DNA of 64,000 bases from Macrostomum lignano (Eukaryota). Both the position numbers and the translations under genes were made by a program. The stretch spans positions 1,379 through 65,378 of the forward strand of contig NIVC01004003.1 in NCBI GenBank assembly GCA_002269645.1, written 5' to 3'. Under the pieces are notes generated by a model that saw nothing but the letters and a program-made list of their open reading frames with translations, did no database searches and was not told the origin of the DNA. Below are positions 36,320 to 49,053 of the stretch, in pieces; the first letter of the stretch is position 1; each line of letters begins with the position of its first letter.

Positions 36320-37250
36320 TCTCAGCTTTCTCCTCTCCTCTCTCCTTACCTTTCTCCTCTCCTCTCTCCTTACCTTTCTCCCCTCCTCTCTCCTTACCTT
36401 TCTCCTCTCTCCTTACCTTTCTCCTCTCCTCTCTCCTTACCTTTCTCCTCTCTCCTTACCTTTCTCCCCTCCTCTCTCCTTACCTTTCTCCTCTCTCCTT
36501 ACCTTTCTTCTCTCTCCTTACCTTTCTCCCCTCCTCTCTCCTTACCTTACTCCTCTCTCCTTACCTTTCTCCCCTCCTCTCTCCTTACCTTTCTCCTCTC
36601 TCCTTACCTTTCTTCTCTCTCCTTACCTTTCTCCCCTCCTCTCTCCTTACCTTTCTCCTCTCTCCTTACCTTTCTCCTCTCTCCTTACCTTTCTCCTCTC
36701 TCCTTACCTTTCTCCTCTCCTCTCTCCTTACCTTTCTCCTCTCCTCTCTCCTTACCTTTCTCCTCTCCTCTCTCCTTACCTTTCTCCTCTCCTCTCTCCT
36801 TACCTTTCTCCCCTCCTATCTCCTTACCTTTCTCCTCTCTCCTTACCTTTCTTCTCTCTCCTTACCTTTCTCCTCTCCTCTCTCCTTACCTTTCTCCTCT
36901 CTCCTTACCTTTCTTCTCTCTCCTTACCTTTCTCCTCTCCTCTCTCCTCACCTTTCTCCCCTCCTATCTCCTTACCTTTCTCCTCTCCTCTCTCCTTACC
37001 TTTCTCCTCTCCTCTCTCCTTACCTTTCTTCTCTCTCCTTACCTTTCTCCTCTCCTCTCTCCTTACCTTTCTCCTCTCCTCTCTCCTTACCTTTCTCCTC
37101 TCCTCTCTCCTTACCTTTCTCCTCTCCTCTCTCCTTACCTTTCTCCTCTCCTCTCCTCTCTCCTTTCTCCTCTCCTCTTTCCTTGCTCCCCTCCTCTCCT
37201 TCTCCCCCCTGTCACCCCCTCTCCCCTTTCGCCTCCTCTCCCCTCTCTTC
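36320..37250. repeat. Polypyrimidine 19/24-bp minisatellite (CTCTCCTTACCTTTCTCCT)
   Basis: About 900 bp almost purely C/T on the plus strand; source of the Leu/Ser/Pro ORFs. Confidence 0.97.
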
Positions 37251-37332
37251 TCTCTTGACCGCAGCCATGCGCTAGATTTCTATATCTGATCCTGTAGTTA
37301 AAAAAGCCAAGTTCAACTTGGGTTAAACAAAC

Positions 37333-37509
37333 CTTGCTAAACCCGATTTTCGCATTGGGCACAGACTTCATCAGCTCGCTCTGCGGTGCGCCATCGCCAG
37401 CTGGCACGCTGGCAAACAGCACAGCCTCGTGGCTGCCATGGTCGGCAACTTGGCGACCCTCATCAGTCAGCTCGAGACGGCTTGTCACCTCTGGCTGAGC
37501 AGAGATGAT
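37333..37509 (-). CDS. FARSA: FARSA exon 2
   Basis: ACGCAG|IISAQPEVTSRLELTDEGRQVADHGSHEAVLF...KIGFSK|GTTTGT. Confidence 0.93.
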
Positions 37510-38795
37510 CTGCGTTAGAGGGGGTGGGCTGGCAAATTTTCATTGTAAACCAGAGACAGGACAAGATTTGGCAATATTTGGCAACATATGCAATAAAACA
37601 GATATGCTTTTATCCTACTAGTATACTTAGTCCTAGTATACTTTTGTATCTAAGAGACGAATACTTATAAACTGATTGTATATATTGCATTTTTTCTATT
37701 GATTTATATCTTTTGAATGAAGAATCCCTTGTACTTCTGTCCTGGTTCCTTAATCTTGGTAGCAACAAACCACTAAGGCTTGGGTAAAAACAAAATCACT
37801 AGGAATAATTCTAAGTCTAAAAATTTGTTGTTATTGCAGATAAGTATAAAGACTGTAAACATAACTTATAACTTATTTTCAATTTTTTGTTTAACTTTTA
37901 TTTTCTTTGCAAATTGTATTATTAAGTTATTATTTTCTGTTTTGTTTCCATATATTTTTATAAAAGCTTTTTTATACACATCTAGACTCTAGTGGCAATC
38001 TTTTAGTGTGCTACATGAATTTTTTTCACACAGAGATCCTCAGAACAGGTGTAATATGAGTAGCAAGCATATTATAAGTGTCAGGTAAGTGTTAGATGAG
38101 TTAATAATATTAGTACTATTGAGCCACCCAGTATAGGAAGTTCTGAAGAATTGAAGACCTTTCCCAGACACTTCTTTGGAAACTGGACATGGAAATAGAA
38201 ACTGAAACCTCTACAAATTGTTGGAAGGCCTAGAAAATTGTCAGGTTGATGCTGATATTAATAAACTTAGCAGTTGTTTTCAGGGACAATGTTTTACAAT
38301 GTTTTCCAATCATTGCAGAGTTGGCAAATTTGCTAAAAAGTTTGAAAAAAAACTAAATAATAATTTAATCCAATAAAATAGGGCTATAGTCAGGATTATA
38401 GCACCCATGTACTAGAACAAATCCTATCAAAAAGTTTTGTTACGCTATACAATGCTGGAACTATTCTTATTCTAATAAGTTTGCCTGCACTGTATGCCAG
38501 ATCTTTTTTTAAAATGAAACAAAAACATAAATCAATATTTTCCACTTGAAAAATACTGGTGAAACTTATATTTGAATCTTTTTTATACAAAATATAATGT
38601 TAATATATTTTAATTAGGCCATCTTATTGATTATGGATCTAGGGCCTTAACTTTGTTAAGCTTGCCTATCTAGCTATACTATATAGTATATACACTATAA
38701 CCTGAAATCAGCTATTTTGTACATTAACTGTGTACACTAATGAATGTTGGACCTAAAATTATTTATACCCAGTATATACCAAGATTGTCACTGAG

Positions 38796-40044
38796 CCCTA
38801 TTGGAATAAGTGGTATTTTCGCGGACGGTGTCCGGCGCACTTTTTCTTTTTCCTCATAGTCATGGCGCATGGCGCGCTACGCGCGCCATGCGCCATGACG
38901 CACAGCAGCTCACAGGTAAGATGCAAGGAGGACATCACGCGCTACATACAGCGCTGCTGAACAAGGATGAGAAGCATGCACAGGAGAAAGTCAGCAGCAC
39001 GGTGGAAATTTAGCAAACTGTAAGTAAAACTTGTTTTTCTAATTTCTATAACTTTGATAATATTGCTATGGGCTATAGTATAGCATATCTCCTATCATAT
39101 GTATTGATTGCTGTGTCATCTAGAATATGCATGCAAGTTAATCGTAAAATTGGAAATTGTAGTTGAAAGATCGCAGCAGAAATGTTCTTTATTGCCTCAT
39201 AAACATTATAACATAGTGCCAAATGCTAATTGCTCTTAATGTTCTCTTATAACGCAGTTGCAAGAAATAAAAAAGTAAACTAAATTCTATTAAAAGTCTC
39301 AACAAATTTTCTGCTTTGTTTAATTATCTTTTTGATTGGTTGCGCGTACATTTATTTATGCTGACATTTAAATGTGAAAATATTCTTCGAAACACCATGC
39401 TAAATAGTTATCAGATTTGATAACCCGACCCGAGCCAAAGTGCTACAACTACTACTGAAAAAGTGTGTGGATAAGGCAAAGACAATTTTGTTTGTTCATG
39501 AACTCTGTGTTGTTCATCACGGAGTTTCTTCATTTTGTATTAACCGATTAGCCAAATTGAAGTAAAGGGTTTCAGTGTTCGTAATTATTTTAAGTACTCA
39601 CTGATGCAATTGCCACACTATTTACATTATTTATTTTTCTTTGAATAGACCAACAATGTAACTTTGTAAGTCAAAAGACGAGTAGACTAAGAATTAAGAA
39701 ATAGATACAACTACAACAGAAGGGGGCAGAAGTACAGTACAGAACAGAGTGCAGTAAAACACAAGTGCGGTAAAACACACAACTTTCTCTCAATCTCTTT
39801 AAATCTCTCAAAAACGAGTGATGCATCATCAGAATGAACATGATAGAGACTGGAGTCATGCACAATATCACCTAAACCTAGAGTGCTATGGCACCCTAGG
39901 ATTTGAAGATTTGAATGACACATCGTCCGTCCATACCACCTTAGGATTTGAAGATTGTCATGACGCACCATCCAGGCCACTTTATGATTGCCATGGCGCA
40001 CTAGATGCACTGTCCACAGTGTCTGAAAACTTATTCCAATAGGG
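38796..40044. mobile_element. Non-autonomous TIR element in FARSA intron 1
   Basis: 15-bp TIR CCCTATTGGAATAAG / CTTATTCCAATAGGG; perfect 8-bp TSD TCACTGAG at 38788-38795 and 40045-40052. Confidence 0.85.
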
Positions 40045-41634
40045 TCACTGAGGGGCAAAATATGCTGGAATTTTCTGGAATAAAGGCCACCTTCTAGACT
40101 ATGGATAGTATATAGTTATATATAAAAATGGGGATATCGCCAAGCTGACTGCATTAAGGATATCACCAACTAGACAAAATTTGACACCAAAGCATCTGAA
40201 TTTGTCACTAAAGTATCTGTAATTGTCCCCAGTGGTTGTATTGTAACCAAAATTTTGGCATTCTTCTCGAATCATTAATTAAACTATTTTTTCAATGTTT
40301 TTTGCATTTTCTCAATTTTAGAAGCGTATTTTAGCATGTTTGGACATCCCTGAAGCTATTAAAACAATAAAATTACCAGCTTTGTTTTTAAGCACTTTTT
40401 ACATCTCTATAGTAGGGCAAAAAAGAAGTGAAGAGCCTAGGCTACAAGTTAAACTTGTATTTACTAACATAACAAACAGGTTAGCTGAAATATCTATGGT
40501 AAATTAACAGCTAGGATTTTCTATGGGAAAGAGCATGGTAGACAAAGGGAGTTGGCTAACTGAAAAGTATGACTCAGCTGAGTTACAAAAAAGAAAGTAA
40601 AATTTTTGAAGGATAAAAACCCAACACATGTTGTCTGGGTTGATGGTCATTTTGTTTGCTACCAGTTTCTGCCATTCTTGTCTGCAAAAATATAATGCAG
40701 TCATTTTCTTTGCATTATAATGCCACAAATATTAAGACTAAGTATGACACCATAAATAAATAATGAAAAAATATCTATATATCTTAAGAAGTACTTAGGC
40801 CTATAGTGAATATAAAGAACTCATTTGGTTAGAAGCACAAGCATAGAATCTAAAAAAAGGTTTTCCTAAGGGAATAGTAATGTACACATATACTAACTTC
40901 TTGTATATGGAATTCGTAAGCTGAATAATTGTTCATAATGAAAATGCATTATTATCATTGGATGAGATTATAATAACAATGCTCATAATAGCCAGCCAAT
41001 CATATTCAACAGTGAACTTTGTATCTGCCTTCAATATTTGTAACTGCAGCAGCTTCCCATCCACAAGTTCTTTTTTCAATGAATGTTGAAAATTAATACT
41101 ATATTTCTTTGAAATATTGCAATAAACAAAATTATACTTAGAAAAACTAATATCCTTTTTGCACGCCTTGCAATATATAATTAGGAAAAAATAGCTTTGC
41201 TAGCTATATAGCTATATCTTAAATTTTTATTCTCAAAAAGTTGTTTCATCTGCCAGCAGACAAAAAGGCAGCAGATGAAATGACTACAATTGTCTGACGT
41301 GGCATTGATACTTGTTGGAAGTGTCTATGGCCCAAAGGGATGAGTTGGTTAGAGGGATGGGAAGTCTGAACACTAAGACTTATGTTCTTTTGGCTAATTA
41401 GTTCTCGCTAAGACCATTAACTAACCATTTAGTCTATCAACACCATGCCAAGAGGCCATCCTCAAATTGTTAGGAATTGTTAGGAATAACGATGGAAAAA
41501 AGTGCTTGAATAAAACAAAGTTGTTACTTTAACTGTTTTAGCTTGAGGAATGTCCAAACATGCTAAAATCAGCTAAAATCATCAGAGAAAATGCGAAAAA
41601 CATTGAAAAAATAGTTTAACAAACAATTCGAGGA

Positions 41635-42298
41635 CCACAGTCAGGAAGGTGGCAGTTTGGTCGGAAAAATCCGGCGCACACAAGCCCTTTTTGGGCACAC
41701 AACGGCGCACAACGGCGCACAGCGGCGCGCCACAACAGCGCACAGCGGCGCACTGGCGCACAGCGGCGCACAACGGCGCACACCAGAGGACACCGGCGCA
41801 TGGCGGCGCGGCGCGGCGGGCGCCGCGCCACATGCAGCGTTACCTTTGTGGCGATCCCATGTAACGATGTAAGTCGTTACTTGTTACAGTACACTATTCA
41901 CTGTTCTATCTAATGTAACACTGCATTCTACCAAAAAATAAAAAATAAAATAAAATATTTTCCTTTTCCTTTTTACCTTTGTTTTTGCCATTTGCTTACT
42001 TTTTATGTTTGTTTTGTTTTAAAAATTAGAAATTTAATTAAAATTTTTTTAAATTTCTATTTTCGGTTTAACGATCTCAATTTCTCATAATATAATATAG
42101 ATAGCCCGTAACCGTCCCGTATATTGGCGCACAAAAATTGTTGCTATGTTGTAAAAAAAGGTCTTTTATTGTCGCAAGGCAGGTAGTGGCGGGCGCACAA
42201 CGGCGCACACGAGGGTTTTTGTGTCGGCGCACGGCGCACAATTTTGGGAGAGGCCAAAATTTGTTCCGGCGCACACTCTGCCACCTTCCTGACTATGG
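41635..42298. mobile_element. MITE in FARSA intron 1
   Basis: 22-bp TIR CCA(C/T)AGTCAGGAAGGTGGCAG; perfect 8-bp TSD TTCGAGGA at 41627-41634 and 42299-42306; subterminal GGCGCAC(A) repeats at both ends. Confidence 0.88.
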
Positions 42299-42475
42299 TT
42301 CGAGGAGAATGACAAAATTTCTTGTCACCAAGCTGACCAGTAACCATCATAGTAAATAACTTGTTAAACAGTCTTTTATTGTATAGACAAGATTATGCCA
42401 ACTCAAACAATAGATAGAAACAAATACAGGTTGGGAAAAATTTATAAAAGAACTTGGTAAGCACCAGAAAATTAC

Positions 42476-42613
42476 CTCTCCAAAGGCAAGAATGCTGTTC
42501 AAGGCTCCTACTATCTTTTGGTGCTCAACATTCATTTCCTTACATAATTCTGTGGACGAACAAGTTTCATGCTTGTCAATATACGCTAGGATATTTGATC
42601 TTAGATCTTCCAT
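42476..42613 (-). CDS. FARSA: FARSA exon 1
   Basis: MEDLRSNILAYI...VEHQKIVGALNSILAFGE|GTAATT; the five exons join without frameshift to 499 aa. Confidence 0.92.
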
Positions 42614-43789
42614 TGCATATATGTTAAGGAGATCTGACTAACTAAATATTAATATTCGCACTACTAATAATCGTTCGAAAATAGCGCATGAATATTTCTT
42701 AGAAAATATCAGTTTTATGTAAAGTAACTGTTATATTTATTGGTAAAACTTTTTTGTAGGTTAGATTAAAGTGTTAGTTTAGTTACAATAATTGTCATTT
42801 AAATAATTAACTCACAGTGAATGTGATAAAAGCTATTTATTTTTGTTTTAATGAACACCTATCGGCGCATGGGCACACCGATAGATTTAGAAAGAAGAAC
42901 TGTATCTGCTACTAGAGCGGCAATTTCTAATCTGAATAGTGGAATTCGACTCAGTTTTCTTTGAATTGATATTCTTTAAGGAAAAAGTCATTTAAAGCCC
43001 TCAGTCCTTTCTGAAACATCCCAGCAATATGTGAAAAAGCTACATGTACCCGTACATGTAAATGTACGGACAGGTATGTGCATGTATATATTGCTAAAAA
43101 ATTTTCAAAAGAGTTGCAAGGAAGCAAAAAGTAATAAATAATTAGAATGTCACTAAAATCGCTTTATACATTGCAAAATACACGTAAAAATAAACCAAAT
43201 GAGTCTTAAAAAATGAAATATTTATACGAGTATAGTGTTGCGTACATGTACGTCCTGAGACAGCAGTAACTTCAGCTATCGTCCTTGGATAATGCATATA
43301 AAGTACAAGTTTATTAAGTATACAATGTAACAGTAACACCGTACATATACATGCGCATGTACATGTACATAGCAACTGCGATAAAGAAAAGATGAATAAT
43401 TTGTATCTCTCTTTTAGATACATTGTATGTCCAGCTCGTTCTTGTTTACAGCTAGTTTTCTCTCTCTGCACGTGTATAAGCTCAATCTGGTATTCTTATA
43501 CCTTTCTCTCCGTCGTCGCTGGGTTTCTTCCAGTCTTAACCTTCTTCAGTTCCGCCTCCATCCTTTCCTACGTGTAGCAACTCACACTCCTCCACTATAA
43601 CATGTTACGTTATGTATGTATATAGATAACATAGACTTTTTTAGAATTTAAATGCACCACAGGCAAGGATTGTCTGTCGGCTGCAATATGGTAGGAATTT
43701 AATCAACTCAAAGGTCTTATGTTAGTCTTTAGTTCACCTTAATTGTTTTATCCCTACAGCAACGCCAACTCTTTTTACAGCAACACCAA

Positions 43790-44690
43790 ACAACAACAGA
43801 TCGGTCTCTTCGACTGTCGCACTGGCGGTTATGTTGTGCCTCAAAAACACAAAAATACGCGGTCAGCGTCACAGGTCACGCCTCAGGGCCAGGTCGCGAA
43901 CGAACGCCACGCCACCGACCGAATCCGGGGCGCCAGCGTAAGCCAGCAGGCAGTCGACGAAGCGCCGAGTTCGGGCCTCCCCCATGCCGATAGGGTGTCT
44001 GCAGCGTCAGCAGAAGTACCTCCTGCACTGGCTCTGGGTAGTACGACTCACCGCGGATGATGTAGCCTGCTAGCTGGAGTCCGCCGACGGCGCAACAGCT
44101 AGGGCACTTGGACAGACCAGGCCGGCGCAGTAATGCAAAGCCGCGTTGGCTACTCGCTCGTAGCCGCGATCTTGAAGGTGGCGCGCAGCTGCAGGCCAGT
44201 GTGAGCTGCGTCAACCTGTTGCTCGAGCAAGTCCGTCATCGTCCAGGTCTCGATCGGCGTTGTACAACAGTAAGGTCTCGATCGCCTGGAACAACGCCGC
44301 CCTCTGGCGGTCGGGTATAAGGCCTCGGACTGCAGGACTTGCCCTCACAGAACGAAAAGCAGGCAAAAGCAAGCCCACGGCGATGCCGGGAACCAGACCG
44401 CCGAGGTAGATGAACTGCTGACAACGCGGAAGCTCTGTCACCTGTCCATCAGCGCCTCGGCACAAATTTGAAGCCTCGGTGTCGTCCGGCACGCAGAGCA
44501 CGACGGTTTTCTGCGTGTTGACCACCAGGCCAACACTCGCCGAAACAGCAACTAGCTTGTCCAGTTGTCGTTGGGCGCCCTCGACAGTTGAAGACAGAAG
44601 GGCGAGATTGTTGGCGTAGCCAAGCACACTGAGCCGCCTCTTTGGTTGACGTCGACCCACGCATCGGCGCAACAGAAACAGTAGGGTCTC
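43790..44690 (-). mobile_element. 5'-truncated LINE (RT C-terminal region), degenerate
   Basis: LGYANNLALLSSTVEGAQRQLDKL...GLVVNTQKT...FIYLGG...ETLLLYNA (YADD decayed to YANN); TTG-rich 3' tail. Confidence 0.8.
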
Positions 44691-44996
44691 GAATTGCAGC
44701 AGGACTGATTTAACACAACAAAAGGCAGCCTTTACTTTAACGACGATGCTGACCTCAATGTCGATCTAATAATTCTATGAATTCATTTCGATCTGGGTGC
44801 AAATGTAAGTTACTCATTTTGCTAAACAAGTCATTCAAACATGCTTCCGAATCCACTTCTTCGAATAGAGTCAGGGGCTATGTGCACCCTGGCGCACTTG
44901 AGGCCACATTGACATATAACTTTAAAAGCGTTTGAAGTTTAAGAAGTGTCTATAAATCACGCGACCTACAACTTGACCATCGACCTACAATTGACC

Positions 44997-47900
44997 ATGG
45001 AGCCACCGGCTAAGCGTTTCTACTATGTAGACTACAAGAAACTGCCAGGAGAAGCCATTTCTGGGTTGTCATCAGGGACAACTAAAACCCTCGGGACGCG
45101 AAACGAGCCAATTCATGGCAAAAAATCTGAGGGGCTCGCTTAAAAGTATTGTTCTATGGCTTTTTCAAGTCTTCTCTGCTATCAGGCATTAACGGTTAGA
45201 TTAAATAGTAAAGCGAGGCAATGTCGAGTATTTAATTTAAGAATAGGAACCAGTGATATAATTACAATGTATTTACAATAAAGTAACCGCCATATCAACA
45301 AAAAACTCCAACGGCAAGAAGATAAAAGATGAAAGCGAAGATGAAACTCCAACGGCAAGAAGATAAAGGATGAAAGCGAAGATGAAACTCCAATGGCAAG
45401 AAGATAGAAGCAAATACGGAACTCCAAGGACAAGACGACACAAACAGTCAGTAGCTCGTACATAAAGGAAACGCTGGAACTTCACCTACTGAGCATCTAA
45501 CTTCCGAAGCTTTCTATCATGGGATGTCGTCGGTATTGGTGGGAGTTTTGACGAGCGTCTTACTAGTCCTTTGAAAAAAAACGTTGGCTAGCCGACGGGA
45601 CACACTGTCCATGCTGAACTGTGTCTTAGTTGGAAAGTAAAAGTCCTTAATAACATAAAACAGCTTCTGCACGCGAGTTGCGCACGTAGGAGAGTGCAGA
45701 ATAAAACTGCTGTAGCAGAGACAGGATAAGTCTAACAGCCATTGTGGAGGATGACAAAGCTTTCCGCGAGATAACTCTTCAGTGAATTCGCTGGCTGGAA
45801 TGCTCGTCTCTGATATCAAATCTGTTCCTTTGATGCCTTCTTTAGTCGCTGTATAACCTGTCAATTTCCAATTAAGCACGGTTTGAATTGTTTTTATGAG
45901 ATTGTGTGTAAAACCTCGTTGTGAATTAAATTTTAATTAATATCAAGCTTACCTGCGATATAGTAGAGCGAAGCCATCTCCGAAATGGAAAGCTCCTCTG
46001 ATTTAGCAGCACAATTATCAATGGTCGCCAGTTCAATTTCATTCAGCTGTTCATTGCAACATTTGCTCCGATCGTGCTTGTAGTCTGCTAATTCAAGGGA
46101 TGCGAATAATTTCATTTGTCGGAGTCGAGCACTGAGCAGCACTTGCTCCACAGATACATAGTAGTTGCCGCCGCTCATTTGGCGATACACGCCAAACTCA
46201 GCCTCAAGTGGATCACTGTGAAAGTCAGCCAGCAGAACGTAGCTGATTCGTGGGTCGGAAAAAAGAACCTCACGCATCTCACAGGCTCCGCGCAGTGAGT
46301 TTACTAGCGCTGACTTGGTCTCGGGCGTCAATGAATGATGGCGAGCTCGGCCTTTTCCACAATGTGTCGAATCAAACGAATCCGCGAGCGCGCTAAGAAA
46401 TTGTATGCTTTCATCTTGAACGGAATAGACTGGTCGCCTGTCCGGATCCCGTAGTCGTGCGTGTAGACCAGGATTTTTACACTTGACAATTTTCCAGAAT
46501 CTCACTATGGTTTTGATAAATTCCGCAGTGTCTGAGTATCCATCACACTTCAATGCAGCGGCAACCCTTTCATCGAGAACTTGGAGAGCGAGACTGACTT
46601 TAGTTTTCTGAATGCTTGTGGGATAACAGGCCTCATGAGTTAGACATGTGCGCTTGACTACGTGGTCTTTCTCCATTTGGTACAGGCGTACCACGTCTGA
46701 CCATTTAGCGGATATTTGTCTGTCAGCGCCAGGAGGTTGAATGCTTAGAATTCCATTCGCTTCAATTTGCCAATTGTTGCGAATGCATTTGATAATGTGA
46801 ACGAAATCGAACAGCATGAAGACTTCCGACTCCTGTGCAGCATCCGTTCCAATCCATGGCTTCTCTCTTCCATCGCTAAATAAAGCAAAACACTTCGAAC
46901 AAAGCAAAGCAAAATTCGAACAGACAGGTCTCCATCTTTATCTAACGTATACAAGTAAACGTCTTCGTTCTGTTCGCCTGTCGGTCCTGGTCTAAAATAA
47001 GAGTAAAAATAAAAGTAAGATAATTGTGAGCGGCAAAATCGATATAGACGCTAAGTGTTGAGCAATCTTTAAGTTACGTACCTTGGTTCTGAACAAAACA
47101 CGAGCTAGGAACTCCGTTAAAAACAGAAGGAGGATTAATTAGCCTTTCGGTAGAGTTTTTCTTGACCATTGGAGCATCGCTTGGCCAATGCTTTACGCAC
47201 ACGCCCATATTGTCAGTCACTCTCTAAAATAATAAATTTTGGGTTTCAGTTGTTTGGACGAGACTGGCATGCAGAATTGAAGCGGAATTATGCAGCAGTA
47301 ATGACAGCAAATGATCTGGTTTCTTACCTGGAGAATATTTGGCAGCGCCTTTCTCCATCGCTCTCGCTCCTGTGGATCTCTGGGAAACGCAAATGTCCGT
47401 GTTCGAACGGCTTCAGAGTTGTAATTTGACGAGCACGGAAATACGCTGCACTTTCTTGGCATTTCATCAAGTAAATAAAAAATGCTTCTCTTGATATAGT
47501 TCAGCTTAGCTTCACTGCTGGCCGCAGCTAAAGCAATTTTAATTTGCTTGATAGCAGAGAAGACTTGAAAAAGCCATAGAACAATACATTTAAGCGAGCC
47601 CCTCAGATTTTTTGCCATGAATTGGCTCGTTTCGCGTCCTGAGGGTTTTAGTTGTCCCTGGTTGTCATCATCACAGATTGACATTCTCCTTCAACAGCAA
47701 ACCGAGGAGCGGTTTATGGAAAAGCAAATAGACGAGCGTCCGGTCGAGCAACCGTCAAATGGAGATGGAGAGTTTGTGCTGCCCGAGGATATTGACCTGG
47801 ATGGCATGTTCGACTGCGTGCCCAACGTTGAAGACCTCGAAAAAGCTATCAACGACCTAGAAGACAGTGTAGCGAGTAACAATACCAGACGACAGACTGA

Positions 47901-49053
47901 TCAGTACGTCAAAAGGCTGTTGGCCTTCATGGATTCAAATCCGTCATTAAAAATTGACCTGCTGACGGCTGAGCCGGAGGATGTCAACCGTGTGCTGCGA
48001 GTGTTCTACGGCACGGCTCGTAAGCCTGACGGCGGATTTTATTCACCCGCGACGCTAATCTGCATTCGTGCGGCCATCTACCGCTACTTGATGCGTGTCA
48101 GGCAACTGAACATCATTGAGGGCGATGCCTTCTATACTGCGAACGCGACTCTGAAGGCTATGGCTCGGAAGTTTATTTTCTAGGGCGGCCGCGCGAAGCA
48201 TATTCAAGCTATTGAACTGGAAGACATGCAAAAGTTATCGCGCTACTTTGACAGGCAGTCTCCAACGACTCTGCTGCAAGAGGTATATTACAACATGATT
48301 TACTATTTCGGTAATCGTGGTCGCGAATGGCTGAGGAACCTGAAGGAAGACAGCTTCGTGTTTGAGACGAGGTCAGATGGTAAGCAAGCAGTGCGCCTGC
48401 TGGCTGGAAAAGTCAAGAATGTTGGCAACGCACTCGGTCGGGACGCCTGTGATGATGTGAAGGAGGCGCTGATGATCGAGACTGCTAAAAACTGCCCCGT
48501 AGTGGCGCTCCGAATGTATCTAGATAAACGGCGCGAGTCTTTGCCTGGAAGTTCGGCTTCAACGTGCACTGCACCGTTTTTCTTGAAACCAAAAACGATC
48601 AGGTGGAAGAACTCGAACTGGTATTGCGCTTCGCAAGCGCTTGGTGTGAACACCCTAGCAACCATGATGACCAAGATATCGGAGGCTGCCAGTTTAAGCA
48701 AGCGCTACACGGCCCATTGTGTCCGTCCGACTGTCATCAAGGAGTTGTCTGATGCTGGTTACTCGAATGCCGATATCTGTAAAGTGACTGGTCACAAGCA
48801 GGTGAAAACAGTCGAACGGTATCTGCAATTAGGAAGTCGACGCACATCCGAGATGCGGTCCATATGCAGCACACTGCATTCATCGCTGTATGGAGCGAAC
48901 TCATTCATGGACGGCACAAATCGAATGGAGACGTCTATGCCAGCAGAGCGCGCTGTGGCTAACAGCGACAACCATGCCGAGCTACGACAGGTAACCTTGA
49001 CACTCAACTTTCATGGGAACGTGAGTGGGTGCACCTTTAATTTGCCAAAATGA
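44997..49053 (+). pseudogene. Crypton-like tyrosine recombinase (DUF3504 type), copy 2, split by a P element and one in-frame TAG
   Basis: Removing 45073-47660 plus one TSD copy joins MEPPAKRFYY...ISGLSS to SQIDILLQQQ in frame; NTRRQT, FYGTARKPDGGFYS, TAG at 48181-48183, then FGNRGREWLR, CPVVALRMY, YTAHCVRPT, VTGHK, VERY. Confidence 0.9.
45073..47660 (-). mobile_element. P element (THAP9-like), internally deleted
   Basis: About 110-bp TIRs starting CAGGGACAACTAAAACCC; 8-bp TSD GTTGTCAT at 45065-45072 and 47661-47668; THAP exons (MPRKCSVFPC...RWRKALP 47462-47328; VCVKHW...PPSVF about 47230-47085); transposase core DFVHIIKCIRNNW...HSDPLEAEFGVYRQMSGGNY (46907-45950) and C-terminal exon (45879-45517). 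Confidence 0.93.

Noticed and set aside
48181-48183. Programmed UAG readthrough in the recombinase ORF
   Set aside because: Copy 1 has sense codons at the equivalent position and this copy is already inactivated by the P insertion, so a nonsense mutation is simpler.
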